A stretch of 64,000 nucleotides of DNA from Puniceicoccaceae bacterium (lineage in GTDB: Bacteria > Verrucomicrobiota > Verrucomicrobiia > Opitutales > JAFGAQ01). Positions 35,659 to 45,714 of this stretch are shown here, piece after piece. Numbering within the stretch: the stretch's first letter is position 1; every line of letters starts with the position of its first letter. The translations under genes were made by a program, and so were the position numbers. The stretch covers positions 193,399-257,398 of the forward strand of contig JANQOQ010000008.1 of NCBI GenBank assembly GCA_028285755.1. The letters are read 5' to 3'. The notes under the pieces are model-generated. The model did not search any database, was not told where the DNA came from, and worked only from the letters and a program-made list of their open reading frames with translations.

Positions 35659-36867
35659 ATGCAAGGCATAATCATGATTATGTTGGATCGTGTTTTAACA
35701 AGTGAATTAATCAGTGCTTTGCAGAATATGCCTGCCGTAGCCCTATTGGGGCCACGTCAGGTAGGTAAGACTACATTAGCACTTGAAATCGCAAAATCCA
35801 ATATTGAAAAACCCGTTTCTTACTTGGACTTGGAGTTAGATACAGATTTGGCGAAGCTGGATGATCCCGAAGCCTATTTAAGAACTTTTGAGGATAAGCT
35901 CCTAATCATCGATGAGGTTCAGTTAAAGCCCGATTTATTCAAAATATTGCGTAGTTTGATTGATCTCCGTAAAAGAGCAGGTGAAAAAGCAGCTCAGTTT
36001 TTATTATTGGGTTCCGCTTCCCGTGATTTGCTACAGCAAAGTTCTGAGACATTGGCAGGCCGGATCCGTTATTTGGAGCTTAAGCCATTTTCAATCTCAG
36101 AAATCGCACAGCAAGACCCGCTCGAATTTTCACCTGATAAGCTTTGGTTTAGGGGTGGTTTCCCTGACAGCTATTTAGCTTCCAGTGAAGATGAAAGTTG
36201 GAATTGGCGTTCCGATTTTATCGCATCGTATGTGGAGCGAGATATACCACAGCTTGGAGTGAATATTTCGGCTACAAGAATGCGTAGGTTCTGGACAATG
36301 CTTGCACACTTTCAAGGGCAGCAAATCAATATGTCCGCCATAGGAAAAAGCTTGGTTGTTTCCCCCACGACCATTCGAAATTATTTGGATATACTCACCG
36401 ACCTTTATATGGTGCGTCAATTACAGCCATGGTCAGGTAATACAAAGAAGCGTTTGTCAAAATTACCTAAGGTTTACATTCGTGATAGTGGATTGCTGCA
36501 CAGGCTGCTATCAATTTCTGAGTTTGATGGTTTGCTCGGCCATCCAATTTTAGGGCATTCCTGGGAAGGTTTTATTGTCGAGAATATCCTTGGTAGCGTC
36601 TCTGACAAATGTAGAACTAGCTATTATCGAACATCTAATCAGACAGAGATTGATTTAATTTTGGAAAAATCTTCAAAGGAGGTATGGGCGATTGAAATTA
36701 AACGCACATCCGCACCTAAAGTGAATGCAAGCTTCCACCGTTCGTGTGAGGAGGTCGGAGCAACGAAGAAATTCGTCGTTTATTCCGGCAAAGAACGTTT
36801 CCCTATGGCTGAAAATACAGAAGCTATCGGGATTCAAGAGTTGCTCAGTGAATTATCTGGTCTGTAA
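35659..36867 (+). CDS. AAA+ ATPase with a DUF4143-type C-terminal domain
   Basis: 402-aa ORF with Walker A LLGPRQVGKTTLA and Walker B LLIIDEVQ. The layout is typical of the widespread AAA_14 + DUF4143 family. Confidence 0.85.
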   Translation: MQGIIMIMLDRVLTSELISALQNMPAVALLGPRQVGKTTLALEIAKSNIEKPVSYLDLELDTDLAKLDDPEAYLRTFEDKLLIIDEVQLKPDLFKILRSLIDLRKRAGEKAAQFLLLGSASRDLLQQSSETLAGRIRYLELKPFSISEIAQQDPLEFSPDKLWFRGGFPDSYLASSEDESWNWRSDFIASYVERDIPQLGVNISATRMRRFWTMLAHFQGQQINMSAIGKSLVVSPTTIRNYLDILTDLYMVRQLQPWSGNTKKRLSKLPKVYIRDSGLLHRLLSISEFDGLLGHPILGHSWEGFIVENILGSVSDKCRTSYYRTSNQTEIDLILEKSSKEVWAIEIKRTSAPKVNASFHRSCEEVGATKKFVVYSGKERFPMAENTEAIGIQELLSELSGL

Positions 36868-36935
36868 TTCCATCCAGCATTAATTCGCTAAATACCTTGT
36901 TTAACGGTAAATATTCTCAACAAAGTTTACAGTTG

Positions 36936-36975
36936 GTGGTGAAATTTGGAGTAGGAACGTGGTGAATTTTGGAGT
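36936..36975 (+). repeat. Two 17-nt direct repeats GTGGTGAA(A/T)TTTGGAGT, 23-nt period
   Basis: The copies lie at 36936-36952 and 36959-36975 and differ at one position. The core TGGTGAAAtTTTGG resembles the reverse complement of the 23-nt arm repeat (TTGGTGAAAAGTTTGG). Confidence 0.5.
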
Positions 36976-37000
36976 CAAAAATTGCCTGTTTGTTGCCTTT

Positions 37001-37076
37001 AATCTGTACAAATTGTAAATTGAATTGCCAATCTGTACGAATTACGATCTTACGGTCTGTTACGTTTTAATCTGTA
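37001..37076 (+). repeat. Three copies of AATCTGTA in the ATPase-integrase intergenic region
   Basis: AATCTGTA occurs at 37001-37008, 37030-37037 and 37069-37076 (spacings 29 and 39 nt). Confidence 0.4.
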
Positions 37077-37137
37077 AGTTGCTCATGGATAACGGTTTGG
37101 GCGATTGGGTAGTGAAAAGCCGTATTTCAAGCAATAC

Positions 37138-38445
37138 TCAAATTGCTGATAAAATTTCGTCTCGAATGTTCTGCCAATTCTCAGGGGTCATGGCTGTCAA
37201 TTTGTCCTTTATTGCCTCATGAGACATCTTTGTCGTGTTTAATGATCCAACCATTGATGAGGGTAGGTTTGTTGAGAGAGCCTTTCTGAAATCTTCGGCG
37301 CCAGGCTGAAAATAGTGCTTCTGGACAATTTGTGTTGTTCGGTGTCCGGTAACTCTCTGAACCAGCTCTATAGGAACCCCTGATGATAGGGCGATAGTGA
37401 CCCAAGTAACGCGGAAGGAATGAAAGTCTCTTACAGAAGCTCTTCTTAAGCCTTGCTCGCGTTCTTTGCTTAGCTCGCTACCTTTTTCTGCATCTGAAAA
37501 ACCCGCTTGCTCCAGAACCTTCTTAACGCGGTAGGTAATGCCGTCAGGATTAATCTCATACATGCGTGCTTGTTCAGGAAAGACGTATTTGGACTCGCGG
37601 CTTGAATGTTGAGCCAGAACCTCTTCAAGCATCGGGAAAATCGGTATCTGAACGCTTTCACCCGTTTTGGAGGTTTTCACTTGGATGAAACCCTTATCCA
37701 AATCAACCGATTTCCATTCAAGGAGGCAGCAATCGCCACGGCGCATAGCGGTGCAGATACCTGCTTTTATGATCGGCTCAATAAAAGGATCTGTCTGGCT
37801 TGCTTCAACGATGATTGAAATTTCTTCCGAGTTGAAGGGTTTGCGGAACTCCGTTTCTTCAATCTTCGTAGGTATACCTTCAAATGGGTTCTCAACAAGC
37901 CCCGCTTCCTTCCTAAGAGCTTCAAAGCATGATCTCAGGAATATGAGCTTGTTGTTGTAAGTCTTCGGTGAAATACCTCTGGCTTCTTCATTTTCAAGAA
38001 ATGCTCTCACCATGCCCGGCTGAATATCGGAAGCAAGTTTGACCTTGGGATAGGCCTTGCGGATAAACTCTAAAAAGCGATCAAAGTTAGATTTACTGAT
38101 AACTGTGTATCGTTCTGAGAGCTTTCGTTTGCGTGGAAGCCTTACCCATGCATCAAACATCTTCTTCAATGCGAGTGTCCGAATGCGCTCGCCCGTTCTG
38201 ATCTCATGGACAGTTTGAACCAATTCCTCAGCGGTGGTTCGGGATTTAATATCCTTCTGCAGTTTTTCGAGTGCAACCTGAGCGCGTGTGCGTGAACGCT
38301 CAAATAAAGGGTCGCCCAAATCTCTCAATGACTTGGGTGGTGTCCCCTGAATTTTTACACCTAGATTCTTGCAGATAGAGCGATCATCAAAATTGACGCG
38401 GCCATACCACCATTGACTTTTGGGAAGACGTAATTCGAGTGCCAT
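37138..38445 (-). CDS. Tyrosine-type integrase adjacent to attR (probable island integrase for tRNA-Met)
   Basis: 435-aa ORF with catalytic residues ICTAMRRGDCCLLEW (R), FHSFRVTWVT (H-x-x-R), VTGHRTTQIVQKHYF (H ... Y). It lies 130 nt from the right att repeat. Confidence 0.9.
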   Translation of the reverse strand: MALELRLPKSQWWYGRVNFDDRSICKNLGVKIQGTPPKSLRDLGDPLFERSRTRAQVALEKLQKDIKSRTTAEELVQTVHEIRTGERIRTLALKKMFDAWVRLPRKRKLSERYTVISKSNFDRFLEFIRKAYPKVKLASDIQPGMVRAFLENEEARGISPKTYNNKLIFLRSCFEALRKEAGLVENPFEGIPTKIEETEFRKPFNSEEISIIVEASQTDPFIEPIIKAGICTAMRRGDCCLLEWKSVDLDKGFIQVKTSKTGESVQIPIFPMLEEVLAQHSSRESKYVFPEQARMYEINPDGITYRVKKVLEQAGFSDAEKGSELSKEREQGLRRASVRDFHSFRVTWVTIALSSGVPIELVQRVTGHRTTQIVQKHYFQPGAEDFRKALSTNLPSSMVGSLNTTKMSHEAIKDKLTAMTPENWQNIRDEILSAI

Positions 38446-38505
38446 AGATGTGAGGGTTGAACTTCAGTGAACATCTATAAACATGCAAAATATGATAAAA
38501 ACGTC

Positions 38506-38528
38506 AAACCAAACTTTTCACCAAACCT
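38506..38528 (+). repeat. 23-nt arm repeat AAACCAAACTTTTCACCAAACCT (right arm copy, between int and attR)
   Basis: Perfect direct copy of 20524-20546. Confidence 0.6.
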
Positions 38529-38574
38529 AATAAAATTAGCACTTAAGTCGTTGATTATAAACACTTGGTCTTTG

Positions 38575-38663
38575 GGCTCATAACCTGAAGGTCCTCGGTT
38601 CAAATCCGAGCCCTGCACCCAATTTCCCAAGGCCTTAGCACCCGCTAAGGCCTTTTTTATTAA
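38575..38663 (+). repeat. attR-type direct repeat containing a displaced tRNA-Met 3' fragment (38575-38621)
   Basis: GGCTCATAACCTGAAGGTCCTCGGTTCAAATCCGAGCCCTGCACCCA plus a terminator copy. There is no 5' half of the tRNA upstream of it. Confidence 0.95.
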
Positions 38664-38717
38664 TTTACAAAGTTCTAGAGCGAGACCAAAGCCCATGCGT
38701 GCAGTTCCCTTTACAAC

Positions 38718-39986
38718 TTAGTAAACCATATCTATCTGCAGAATAATTTTCCTGCGACTGGTGGGTGAGCCTGCATCGCCGGTGTTATAGTCCGCATACT
38801 TGAGTGTGGCATTGAGGTACTCTGCCAATGGGTAAGTGAGTAACATGTTTAATTCGTTGCCAAGGTCGACACTGTCTCTGTCGGATTCGAATTGATGATA
38901 AATCAGGCTCGCATTCAGTCCTTTACCGATTGGAAATTTTTCTGAGATATAGAAGTAACGATCGTGTAGTCCGATAGTTGGAGTGCTGAGAAAAGCATCC
39001 GCCCAACCATTAAACTTGTGGAGGGTAGCCAACGGTGCACTGATTGCTACGCGTCCGCCATCTGAGCCCAGGATTTCATAACCAAAACCTATTTGTGTCG
39101 AGCTTGACTGGTATGAAAGGTCGAGCGCAATGTAATCCGCAGTGTAAGCATTTACGTTGTCTGCGTAATCCGATTGGCGTGCAAAGGAGGCCTGGTAATT
39201 TACATTGGCATCAAATTTTTCAATGGCTTTACTGCCTTTAAGCAGAATGCCAAAAGTTTGTGATGAGAGCGTAGCAGCATTCTCCAGATCCAGTAGATAG
39301 CCAAATGCCGTAAGTTTACCGAATTGAAAATCCTTGCTGATGTTAAGCAAATGGCTTCGTGAATCAAAGTGTCCTACAGGACCTGCCCGATCGGGCCAGT
39401 CGCGGCCAAAAATGCGGTTCACCTGATCAATATAGGCGTAGGTTACTTTTAAGCCGTGCCTAAGTTCACTGGATGCCAAAATTGCATCCATAGTTTGAAT
39501 GTTTTGCCGCCAGCCTACATGTCCGATCCAACGATGATCATCCAGCGCTAGGATCTGCCGACCGATTTTTGCTAAGAAGCCATCCTGTTCGTATAGTAAC
39601 AGCAGTTGGTTAAGTTCCTCAATTTCAGGGTCCGCTACTATGGGTCGATTGCGGGTTGCAGGATTACGCCCTGCAGCATTGTAGCTATCGTTAATAGCAT
39701 AGATAAATTCGCCTTCAGCCAAAAATGACAGGCCGTTAATCGGATGAGTTTTATATCCCAGGCGTGTTCTGATCGTTAACGCTTCGGCATCCTCCATAAA
39801 TCCATCCTGTTCGACTCCTTCGTGCCTCAAACGTGTGTTGAAGAGAAATTTTCCGTGTTCTCCCGATAGTTGGGTGAAGAGCTGATCTAAAGGGCTATCC
39901 TGAGCTGAGGAAGCAAACAATGGTAAATGAATGAGAGATATGAGAACGTATATTATGTTTAAGAGGGGGGATAGGCTAGTTTTCAT
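38718..39986 (-). CDS. Outer-membrane beta-barrel protein (alginate-export/porin-like)
   Basis: Signal peptide MKTSLSPLLNIIYVLISLIHLPLFASSAQ (start at Met11), alternating amphipathic beta-strand pattern, and a C-terminal ..ILQIDMVY aromatic terminus. Confidence 0.65.
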   Translation of the reverse strand: MKTSLSPLLNIIYVLISLIHLPLFASSAQDSPLDQLFTQLSGEHGKFLFNTRLRHEGVEQDGFMEDAEALTIRTRLGYKTHPINGLSFLAEGEFIYAINDSYNAAGRNPATRNRPIVADPEIEELNQLLLLYEQDGFLAKIGRQILALDDHRWIGHVGWRQNIQTMDAILASSELRHGLKVTYAYIDQVNRIFGRDWPDRAGPVGHFDSRSHLLNISKDFQFGKLTAFGYLLDLENAATLSSQTFGILLKGSKAIEKFDANVNYQASFARQSDYADNVNAYTADYIALDLSYQSSSTQIGFGYEILGSDGGRVAISAPLATLHKFNGWADAFLSTPTIGLHDRYFYISEKFPIGKGLNASLIYHQFESDRDSVDLGNELNMLLTYPLAEYLNATLKYADYNTGDAGSPTSRRKIILQIDMVY

Positions 39987-40313
39987 CACAGTATGGGTTG
40001 AACCCGGGCTATTCATTTAACTCATCGAATTTACTCCTTCGCTGAGTAATGGCATCAAGGGTCGTATTGTAGGGGAATTGCAGCATTGGTTCCTTAAAGG
40101 TCATCATTTCATCATGCAGTGGGCATACGGCAGTCTTGCGGTTTCAATTAACCTAAGAAAATCAGTAACACTCTTTACAGACGCTAGGTTTGGTTGGCCC
40201 GGTGAAGTGCTTAATTGGAGATACTTTTGGCCATATGCTATAATATAAACCACTTTAAATTAAAGGTTAACAATTTAATGCAGTAAATAAAGAACAAAAT
40301 GCCTATTTGCTTA

Positions 40314-41825
40314 TTAGAGCTCGCCCTTTTTGGATTGTTTTAGGCGCTTGCTGAGGTATTCGCCCTTTTCGGGGTATTTGAAATACAGGTTCGTCGTTTC
40401 ACTGGGATCTTCTTCGAGGTTGTAGAGTTGGGCAGTGGCCTCACCCATGCGCACATCAAAGCTTACGGGTGATGAAAACCCACCGGAGCCTCGTTTCTCG
40501 ATAAACTTCCACGGGCCTTCACGCCAGGCAAAGTGTGCGCGGGAGGAGTGCATCATGATCCCGGGTTGGCCTGCAACTTCATCTGACTTACCGTGCAGGA
40601 CTTCCCAGATGCTGTAGCTGTCTTCTCCATGAGCATTTGGATCAGCTTCACCCACGATATCTGCGACGGTTGAAATAAGGTGCGTCAATGAGGTGAGCGC
40701 ATTACTGATGCTACCCATCGGGATTTTGCCGGGCCAGCTCGCGATGTAAGGCACGCGATGTCCGCCTTCCCAAATGTCTCCCTTCATACCGCGCAGATGG
40801 GCAGCGGCCTGGTGGCCATATTTATGGGTGAGTGAGGGCACCCAATAGGGTCCATTGTCACTGGTAAATATGATGAGGGTTTCCCGTTCGATACCGGCAT
40901 CCTTGACTGCCTGCATGATCCTGCCGACTTCAGCATCCGTTTGCTGGGTGAAGTCCCCATACATGCCAGCTTCAGAGCTGCCATCATGCTCCATAGTGGG
41001 AACCCATGGGGTGTGGGGTGCCGGTAGTGGAATATATAGGAAAAAAGGTTTCTCGTCCTGTGCATGGTTTGCGATATAATCCACGGATCGACGGATAAAA
41101 TTGGGCATCACGTCATAAAAATCGAAGCCGGGTGACATTTTACCTGCACGCCAAAAAGCATCCATGAAGCCTTTATCGAGATCATTACCCTCTGTGTAGT
41201 CGGTGGGCTCGCTGACGATTTCGTGGTTTTCCAAATAAACGTATGGGGGAATATCGAGTGAGGCGGGTAAGATGTAGGAGTATTCAAATCCAAATTCCTT
41301 GGGGCCTCGGGTAACCGGTTTAGTGAAGTCTATATGCTTCACCTCCATGTTCATAACGACCCCATATTCATTCACGCGCTTTTCCGCATTTTCCAGAGTA
41401 TTGGCTTCGCCGGATTTAAGTGCCCAGTCCAGTCCCAGATGCCACTTGCCAATCACGGCTGTATTGTAACCTTGTTCTTGAAGCAGAGTAGCCACCGTTT
41501 CCCGTCCTTCTTCAATAAAGGTGCGCCCATAGCTCCAGGTTACGCCCTGTTTCAGAGGGGTACGCCAGCAATAGTGCCCGGTCAATACCCCGTAACGTGT
41601 GGGAGTGCAAACGGAAGAGGGTGTATGTGCATCGGTAAAGCGCATGCCCATGGATGCCAGTCGATCCAAATTCGGTGTTTGGATTTTAGAGTCCGGATTA
41701 TAAACTGAAACATCCCCGTATCCGAGATCATCGGCGAGTATGTAAATGATATTAGGGGTGGAGCGGCCCGTAAGATTAAGCCCAGCGAAAATGATAAGTG
41801 AGAGGTATAGAATAAGTGATTTCAT
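40314..41825 (-). CDS. Arylsulfatase (formylglycine-dependent sulfatase family)
   Basis: Signal peptide followed by PSSVCTPTRYGVLTGHY (C-x-P-x-R FGly motif) and GKWHLG. Confidence 0.92.
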   Translation of the reverse strand: MKSLILYLSLIIFAGLNLTGRSTPNIIYILADDLGYGDVSVYNPDSKIQTPNLDRLASMGMRFTDAHTPSSVCTPTRYGVLTGHYCWRTPLKQGVTWSYGRTFIEEGRETVATLLQEQGYNTAVIGKWHLGLDWALKSGEANTLENAEKRVNEYGVVMNMEVKHIDFTKPVTRGPKEFGFEYSYILPASLDIPPYVYLENHEIVSEPTDYTEGNDLDKGFMDAFWRAGKMSPGFDFYDVMPNFIRRSVDYIANHAQDEKPFFLYIPLPAPHTPWVPTMEHDGSSEAGMYGDFTQQTDAEVGRIMQAVKDAGIERETLIIFTSDNGPYWVPSLTHKYGHQAAAHLRGMKGDIWEGGHRVPYIASWPGKIPMGSISNALTSLTHLISTVADIVGEADPNAHGEDSYSIWEVLHGKSDEVAGQPGIMMHSSRAHFAWREGPWKFIEKRGSGGFSSPVSFDVRMGEATAQLYNLEEDPSETTNLYFKYPEKGEYLSKRLKQSKKGEL

Positions 41826-41952
41826 AAGTTTGTTTTTAAGAGGGTATAAATCTCAGAATTTATGAAAACACTAGTAATATTAAAAACCATTTAGCAAGTG
41901 AAAGGCTTTACTAAATGGTTATCATTCCAGCGCCAGTTCTCTGATTCCCGGC

Positions 41953-42390
41953 TTACTCCTCTTCGACAAATATGAGCGATTCAGGCGTCCATGCTGGGGT
42001 GCATACAACAAGGAGTTCCAGCGGTTCCTCAGTATCGTTATAGATATTGTGGTGCTCACCGGCCAGTACAACGATCGCATCTCCGGTATTGACGCGCTTA
42101 GTTTTGCCATCGAGGTACATAATGGCGGAGCCTTTTTTTACAAAATAGATCTCCTCCATCACCTCATGATAATGCGTGCGCACTTTGACTCCCGCGGGGA
42201 TGACGATGTCGGCAATGCTGAGTTTTTCGGCGCGGGAATTTCGAGGGCTCGCGATTTCACGGGCAACGGCTTTATCATCCGCCTCATACCAGGTCTGTTC
42301 TTCCAGATTTACGACCTCAATATCATGTGCGTTTGTCGTGTAACCGAATGCTATGAATAATGTAAGGAATAAATATTTCGATGCTTTCAT
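41953..42390 (-). CDS. Secreted cupin-domain protein
   Basis: Signal peptide, then cupin motifs GVKVRTHYHEVMEEIYFVKKG and GEHHNIYN. Confidence 0.7.
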   Translation of the reverse strand: MKASKYLFLTLFIAFGYTTNAHDIEVVNLEEQTWYEADDKAVAREIASPRNSRAEKLSIADIVIPAGVKVRTHYHEVMEEIYFVKKGSAIMYLDGKTKRVNTGDAIVVLAGEHHNIYNDTEEPLELLVVCTPAWTPESLIFVEEE

Positions 42391-42455
42391 GCTCTGAATA
42401 GAGCAGGCTGTGCGCCGATATGGGCTGAAAGCTCATTTCTTGCATAAAATGAGTA

Positions 42456-43751
42456 GTGTTTTTAGCATTGGTATTTACAGTGCTGAGCATGGGTATGAAT
42501 TTTAAGACCTTTGTTTTACTAATTAGCTTCTCATTTGGAATATTGCCGCACGTGACGATGTCCAAGTATGCGGTCGATCCGGAGCGGTTGAATACTATTG
42601 ATGTATTAATCGCGCAGGCCATCGACGAGGGGTTGATACCCGGAGCGAGTGTGCTCATAGCTCAGGGGGAATCGATTGAGAAATTTACCCAATACGGTAC
42701 CATGGATCTTGCGCAGAAGCCTGTTAAAGAGGATACCATTTTCCGGCTCTACTCAATGACTAAGCCGATTACAAATGTGGCAACCCTCATCCTTTATGAG
42801 CGCAGTGCATTTTTCCTGAATGACCGTATAGATACGCTCTGGCCCGCGATGAAGGATCTGCAGATCTACGAAAGTGGCAGTGGGGACGAAATGGTTACAC
42901 GACCTGTCGAAAAAGCACCCACCGTTATGGATCTCATGATGCACACTGCCGGTTTCTACTATCCATGGGATGGTAGCTCTCCCAACCAGGAGCTTGGTGC
43001 AGAAGGGTTGCCTTCCCATGGGCAGAGTATTGTGGAAGTATCTGAACGGATTGCAAAGTACCCAATATTATTTGAGCCAAGTGAAAGGTGGAATTATGGC
43101 TATTCGCATGACATCCTGGCCGGGCTGGTGGAATACGTTTCAGGGGTGCCCTTTGATGAATTTATCTCACAGGAGATACTTGAACCGCTGGGTATGGCAG
43201 ATACCGCTTATCAGGTATCCTCAGGCGATGTGGATAGGCTCATGAATCTCTATGAGCTCGACGATAATGGAAGGCTTAGCTTAATGGAAACCGGAGCCGA
43301 AAGTGAATATTTGAAACCCGATCCTGTGTCCTATGGGGGCTCGGGCCTTACAGGCACCGCTTTGGATTATTTTCAGTTTTGCCGAATGCTTTTGAGTGGA
43401 GGTAAACATAATGGAGCGCGAATACTCTCGACTCCGAGTGTAGACTACATGTTACAGAATCATCTGCGAGAGGATCAGCTGCCCTTTAATGATCCTGAGA
43501 GCCCTTATGGCCGTTTCACGATGGGTAACGGCTTTGGGTTAGGTGTGAAGGTGATCATGGATGCCTCAGAGCAGGGCAATATTGGTTCGCCTGGAGAGGC
43601 TGCATGGTCCGGTGCTGCAAGCACCTATTTTTGGGTGGTGCCTGAGCATGACATAACGATTCTGTTCTTTACGCAGAATCGCAGTTATCTGGCGGTGCAG
43701 CCACTTGCAGAAAAGATCCGCCTAGCAGCCTATCACGCGCTCTCAAAATAA
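42456..43751 (+). CDS. Serine hydrolase of the beta-lactamase/transpeptidase-like (class C/esterase) family
   Basis: S-x-x-K motif in LYSMTKPITN, with family-typical length. The true start may be the internal MNFKTFVLLISF signal peptide (42495). Confidence 0.8.
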   Translation: MFLALVFTVLSMGMNFKTFVLLISFSFGILPHVTMSKYAVDPERLNTIDVLIAQAIDEGLIPGASVLIAQGESIEKFTQYGTMDLAQKPVKEDTIFRLYSMTKPITNVATLILYERSAFFLNDRIDTLWPAMKDLQIYESGSGDEMVTRPVEKAPTVMDLMMHTAGFYYPWDGSSPNQELGAEGLPSHGQSIVEVSERIAKYPILFEPSERWNYGYSHDILAGLVEYVSGVPFDEFISQEILEPLGMADTAYQVSSGDVDRLMNLYELDDNGRLSLMETGAESEYLKPDPVSYGGSGLTGTALDYFQFCRMLLSGGKHNGARILSTPSVDYMLQNHLREDQLPFNDPESPYGRFTMGNGFGLGVKVIMDASEQGNIGSPGEAAWSGAASTYFWVVPEHDITILFFTQNRSYLAVQPLAEKIRLAAYHALSK

Positions 43752-43754
43752 GGA

Positions 43755-44570
43755 TCAGTTGCCCAGGCGATAAGAAATGGCGAACCCGATGCCCAGCTGG
43801 GTTTCATCGCCCAAATCTGCAACAATAGGTGAGTCCGCTGCATCTCCCGCGATTTGGTCGTAACCAGCAAAGATCACGTAAGAGAGTTTTCGGTTAATCG
43901 GCTGGATTAAGGTCAGGCCGATTCCGTAAGAAGTGATCCCGCCACCTGCTTCATAGACGGGTAAGCCCGATGCTGCTGATTGGGTGGGATTAATCCCAAA
44001 GTAGGTCTCCACATAATCATCTCCTCCGTATTTAACGCGAGGCCCGAAACTATAGATTAAAGGCCCCGCACGATCAGAATACATCAGGCTCAACTCGCCT
44101 ACAATGCCATCGTGTGCACCAAATCCCTGAAGAATTTCACCGGCAATTCGAAGTTTCTCAATACTATATTCGAAAAACGCTCCCACTTCTCCGCCGGTAT
44201 CAATATCGCCCAATCCCAGTAAATCATCGGTGTCCCCACTGATGGTGAATGGGCCTTGTCCACCATCTTCATCCCGTCCGAAACGGGGTTTTGCCAGCGG
44301 CCCGAATTTGAAATTGTCTTCATTGATCAAATTGTATCGTGCTCCACGACCGACAGAAGCGCTGAAAACATCACTGTAACTCACTTCGATGTTTGGAAAA
44401 ATGGAGAACCCATACTCATCTGCGCCTTCGTAAGTGGGAGAATAGAAAGCAGCTACACCTGTGGTAAAGCTCCATCCTTCAGGTGTGGGAGGAGGGCCGG
44501 ATGGACGCTGAGCGTGACTGATAGTTACGATAGCGAATGACAATAAGGTAATAATTGAGATGGTTTTCAT
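43755..44570 (-). CDS. MipA/OmpV-family outer-membrane protein
   Basis: Signal peptide, then GVAAFYSPTYEGADEY (MipA-type ..P.YEGSD.Y motif) and a beta-barrel pattern ending in ..ISYRLGN. Confidence 0.75.
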   Translation of the reverse strand: MKTISIITLLSFAIVTISHAQRPSGPPPTPEGWSFTTGVAAFYSPTYEGADEYGFSIFPNIEVSYSDVFSASVGRGARYNLINEDNFKFGPLAKPRFGRDEDGGQGPFTISGDTDDLLGLGDIDTGGEVGAFFEYSIEKLRIAGEILQGFGAHDGIVGELSLMYSDRAGPLIYSFGPRVKYGGDDYVETYFGINPTQSAASGLPVYEAGGGITSYGIGLTLIQPINRKLSYVIFAGYDQIAGDAADSPIVADLGDETQLGIGFAISYRLGN

Positions 44571-44811
44571 AAAAGTGATATCATTTGTTTACCATTACAC
44601 GTGAGGAGTAAATTATTATTACACTAAATTTTTTCTCCACCCGGTTTGGTTCTATTTTTTACTATAAATGCGAATACCCTAATGTTGGATTTAATCGTAA
44701 CTAATAAGGCAGGTTTTCGGGGGTAATTTTTTGAATGTTACTGAGGTAATATTAATCTAATGGTTAAATTCATTTCGGTTTTTCTCAAACAACAATTACA
44801 GGGGATTCTCA

Positions 44812-45705
44812 ATGGGGGCTTTAACGAGTATAGATGTAGAAGCATTCTATCCACATAATCTGGTCAAACGCTATGGCGGCATATTACCCGCCCATGAACG
44901 TATTTTGCAATTATTGCAAAAAGGAGACATGCAATATGAGGCGGGATTAATGGAATTTAAGGCATATATGGATGCGCTGAAGGGCATTCCTTACGATCAA
45001 GTCGATGATATGAACCCATTCTTGAACAACGGTTTTTTCCCGCTCTTGGATGTGGTTGTATTGTATGGGCTATTGGCAAGTCGGAGGCCTAATCGCTACA
45101 TTGAAGTGGGCTCGGGCAATTCGACAAAAATCGCAAACTATGCCCGCCGGAATGAGGCACTAGACACAGAGTTTGTTTCAATAGATCCCCACCCGAGGGC
45201 CGAAATCGATGGCCTTTGCGACCAGGTCATCCGAGCTCCACTGGAGGACTGTGACCTCTCCATTTTTCAGGAGCTTGAGGCGGGTGATATTTGCTTTTTT
45301 GATGGGTCGCATCGGGTCTTGCAGAACTCCGACAATTTGGTCTTCTTTTATGAAGTGATGCCTTATCTGAAACCGGGCGTGTTGGTTCATATTCACGATA
45401 TCTTCTGGCCGCATGATTACCCGACTGAGTGGGCAAACCGCTTCTATACAGAACAATATGTATTGGGTGCCATGATGCTATATGGTGAAGTGCATTTTAA
45501 TATACTCTTTCCGAATGCCCATATTTCCATGTATACACGCCACTGGGAGTTGTTTTCGGAGATTTGGGAGCGACCCGGTTACGAATCTATAGAAAAACAT
45601 GGATGTTCTATGTGGTTGGAAATTAAGTCTTTACCCGGGGTTCAGCCGGAGCCGCCCAAGAAATCGTTAATTACCCGATTCAGCGGGCGGTTTTTTGGCC
45701 GATAA
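44812..45705 (+). CDS. Putative class I SAM-dependent methyltransferase-fold protein
   Basis: It has YIEVGSGNSTKIA (glycine-rich motif I-like) and ICFFDGSH (motif-II-like acidic residue). The assignment is tentative. Confidence 0.45.
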   Translation: MGALTSIDVEAFYPHNLVKRYGGILPAHERILQLLQKGDMQYEAGLMEFKAYMDALKGIPYDQVDDMNPFLNNGFFPLLDVVVLYGLLASRRPNRYIEVGSGNSTKIANYARRNEALDTEFVSIDPHPRAEIDGLCDQVIRAPLEDCDLSIFQELEAGDICFFDGSHRVLQNSDNLVFFYEVMPYLKPGVLVHIHDIFWPHDYPTEWANRFYTEQYVLGAMMLYGEVHFNILFPNAHISMYTRHWELFSEIWERPGYESIEKHGCSMWLEIKSLPGVQPEPPKKSLITRFSGRFFGR

Positions 45706-45714
45706 TCGGGTTGA

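Noticed and set aside
38475-38696. 73-aa minus-strand ORF spanning the right att repeat.
   Set aside because: It is a translation through the duplicated tRNA 3' half and terminator hairpin. The sequence is explained by the att repeat.
40017-40313. Roughly 300-bp gap between the porin-like gene and the sulfatase gene, with a 32-codon minus-strand ORF (MMTFKEPMLQFPYNTTLDAITQRRSKFDELNE).
   Set aside because: It has no ribosome-binding site or motif and overlaps the extended N-terminus of the neighbouring ORF. It is probably promoter or leader sequence.
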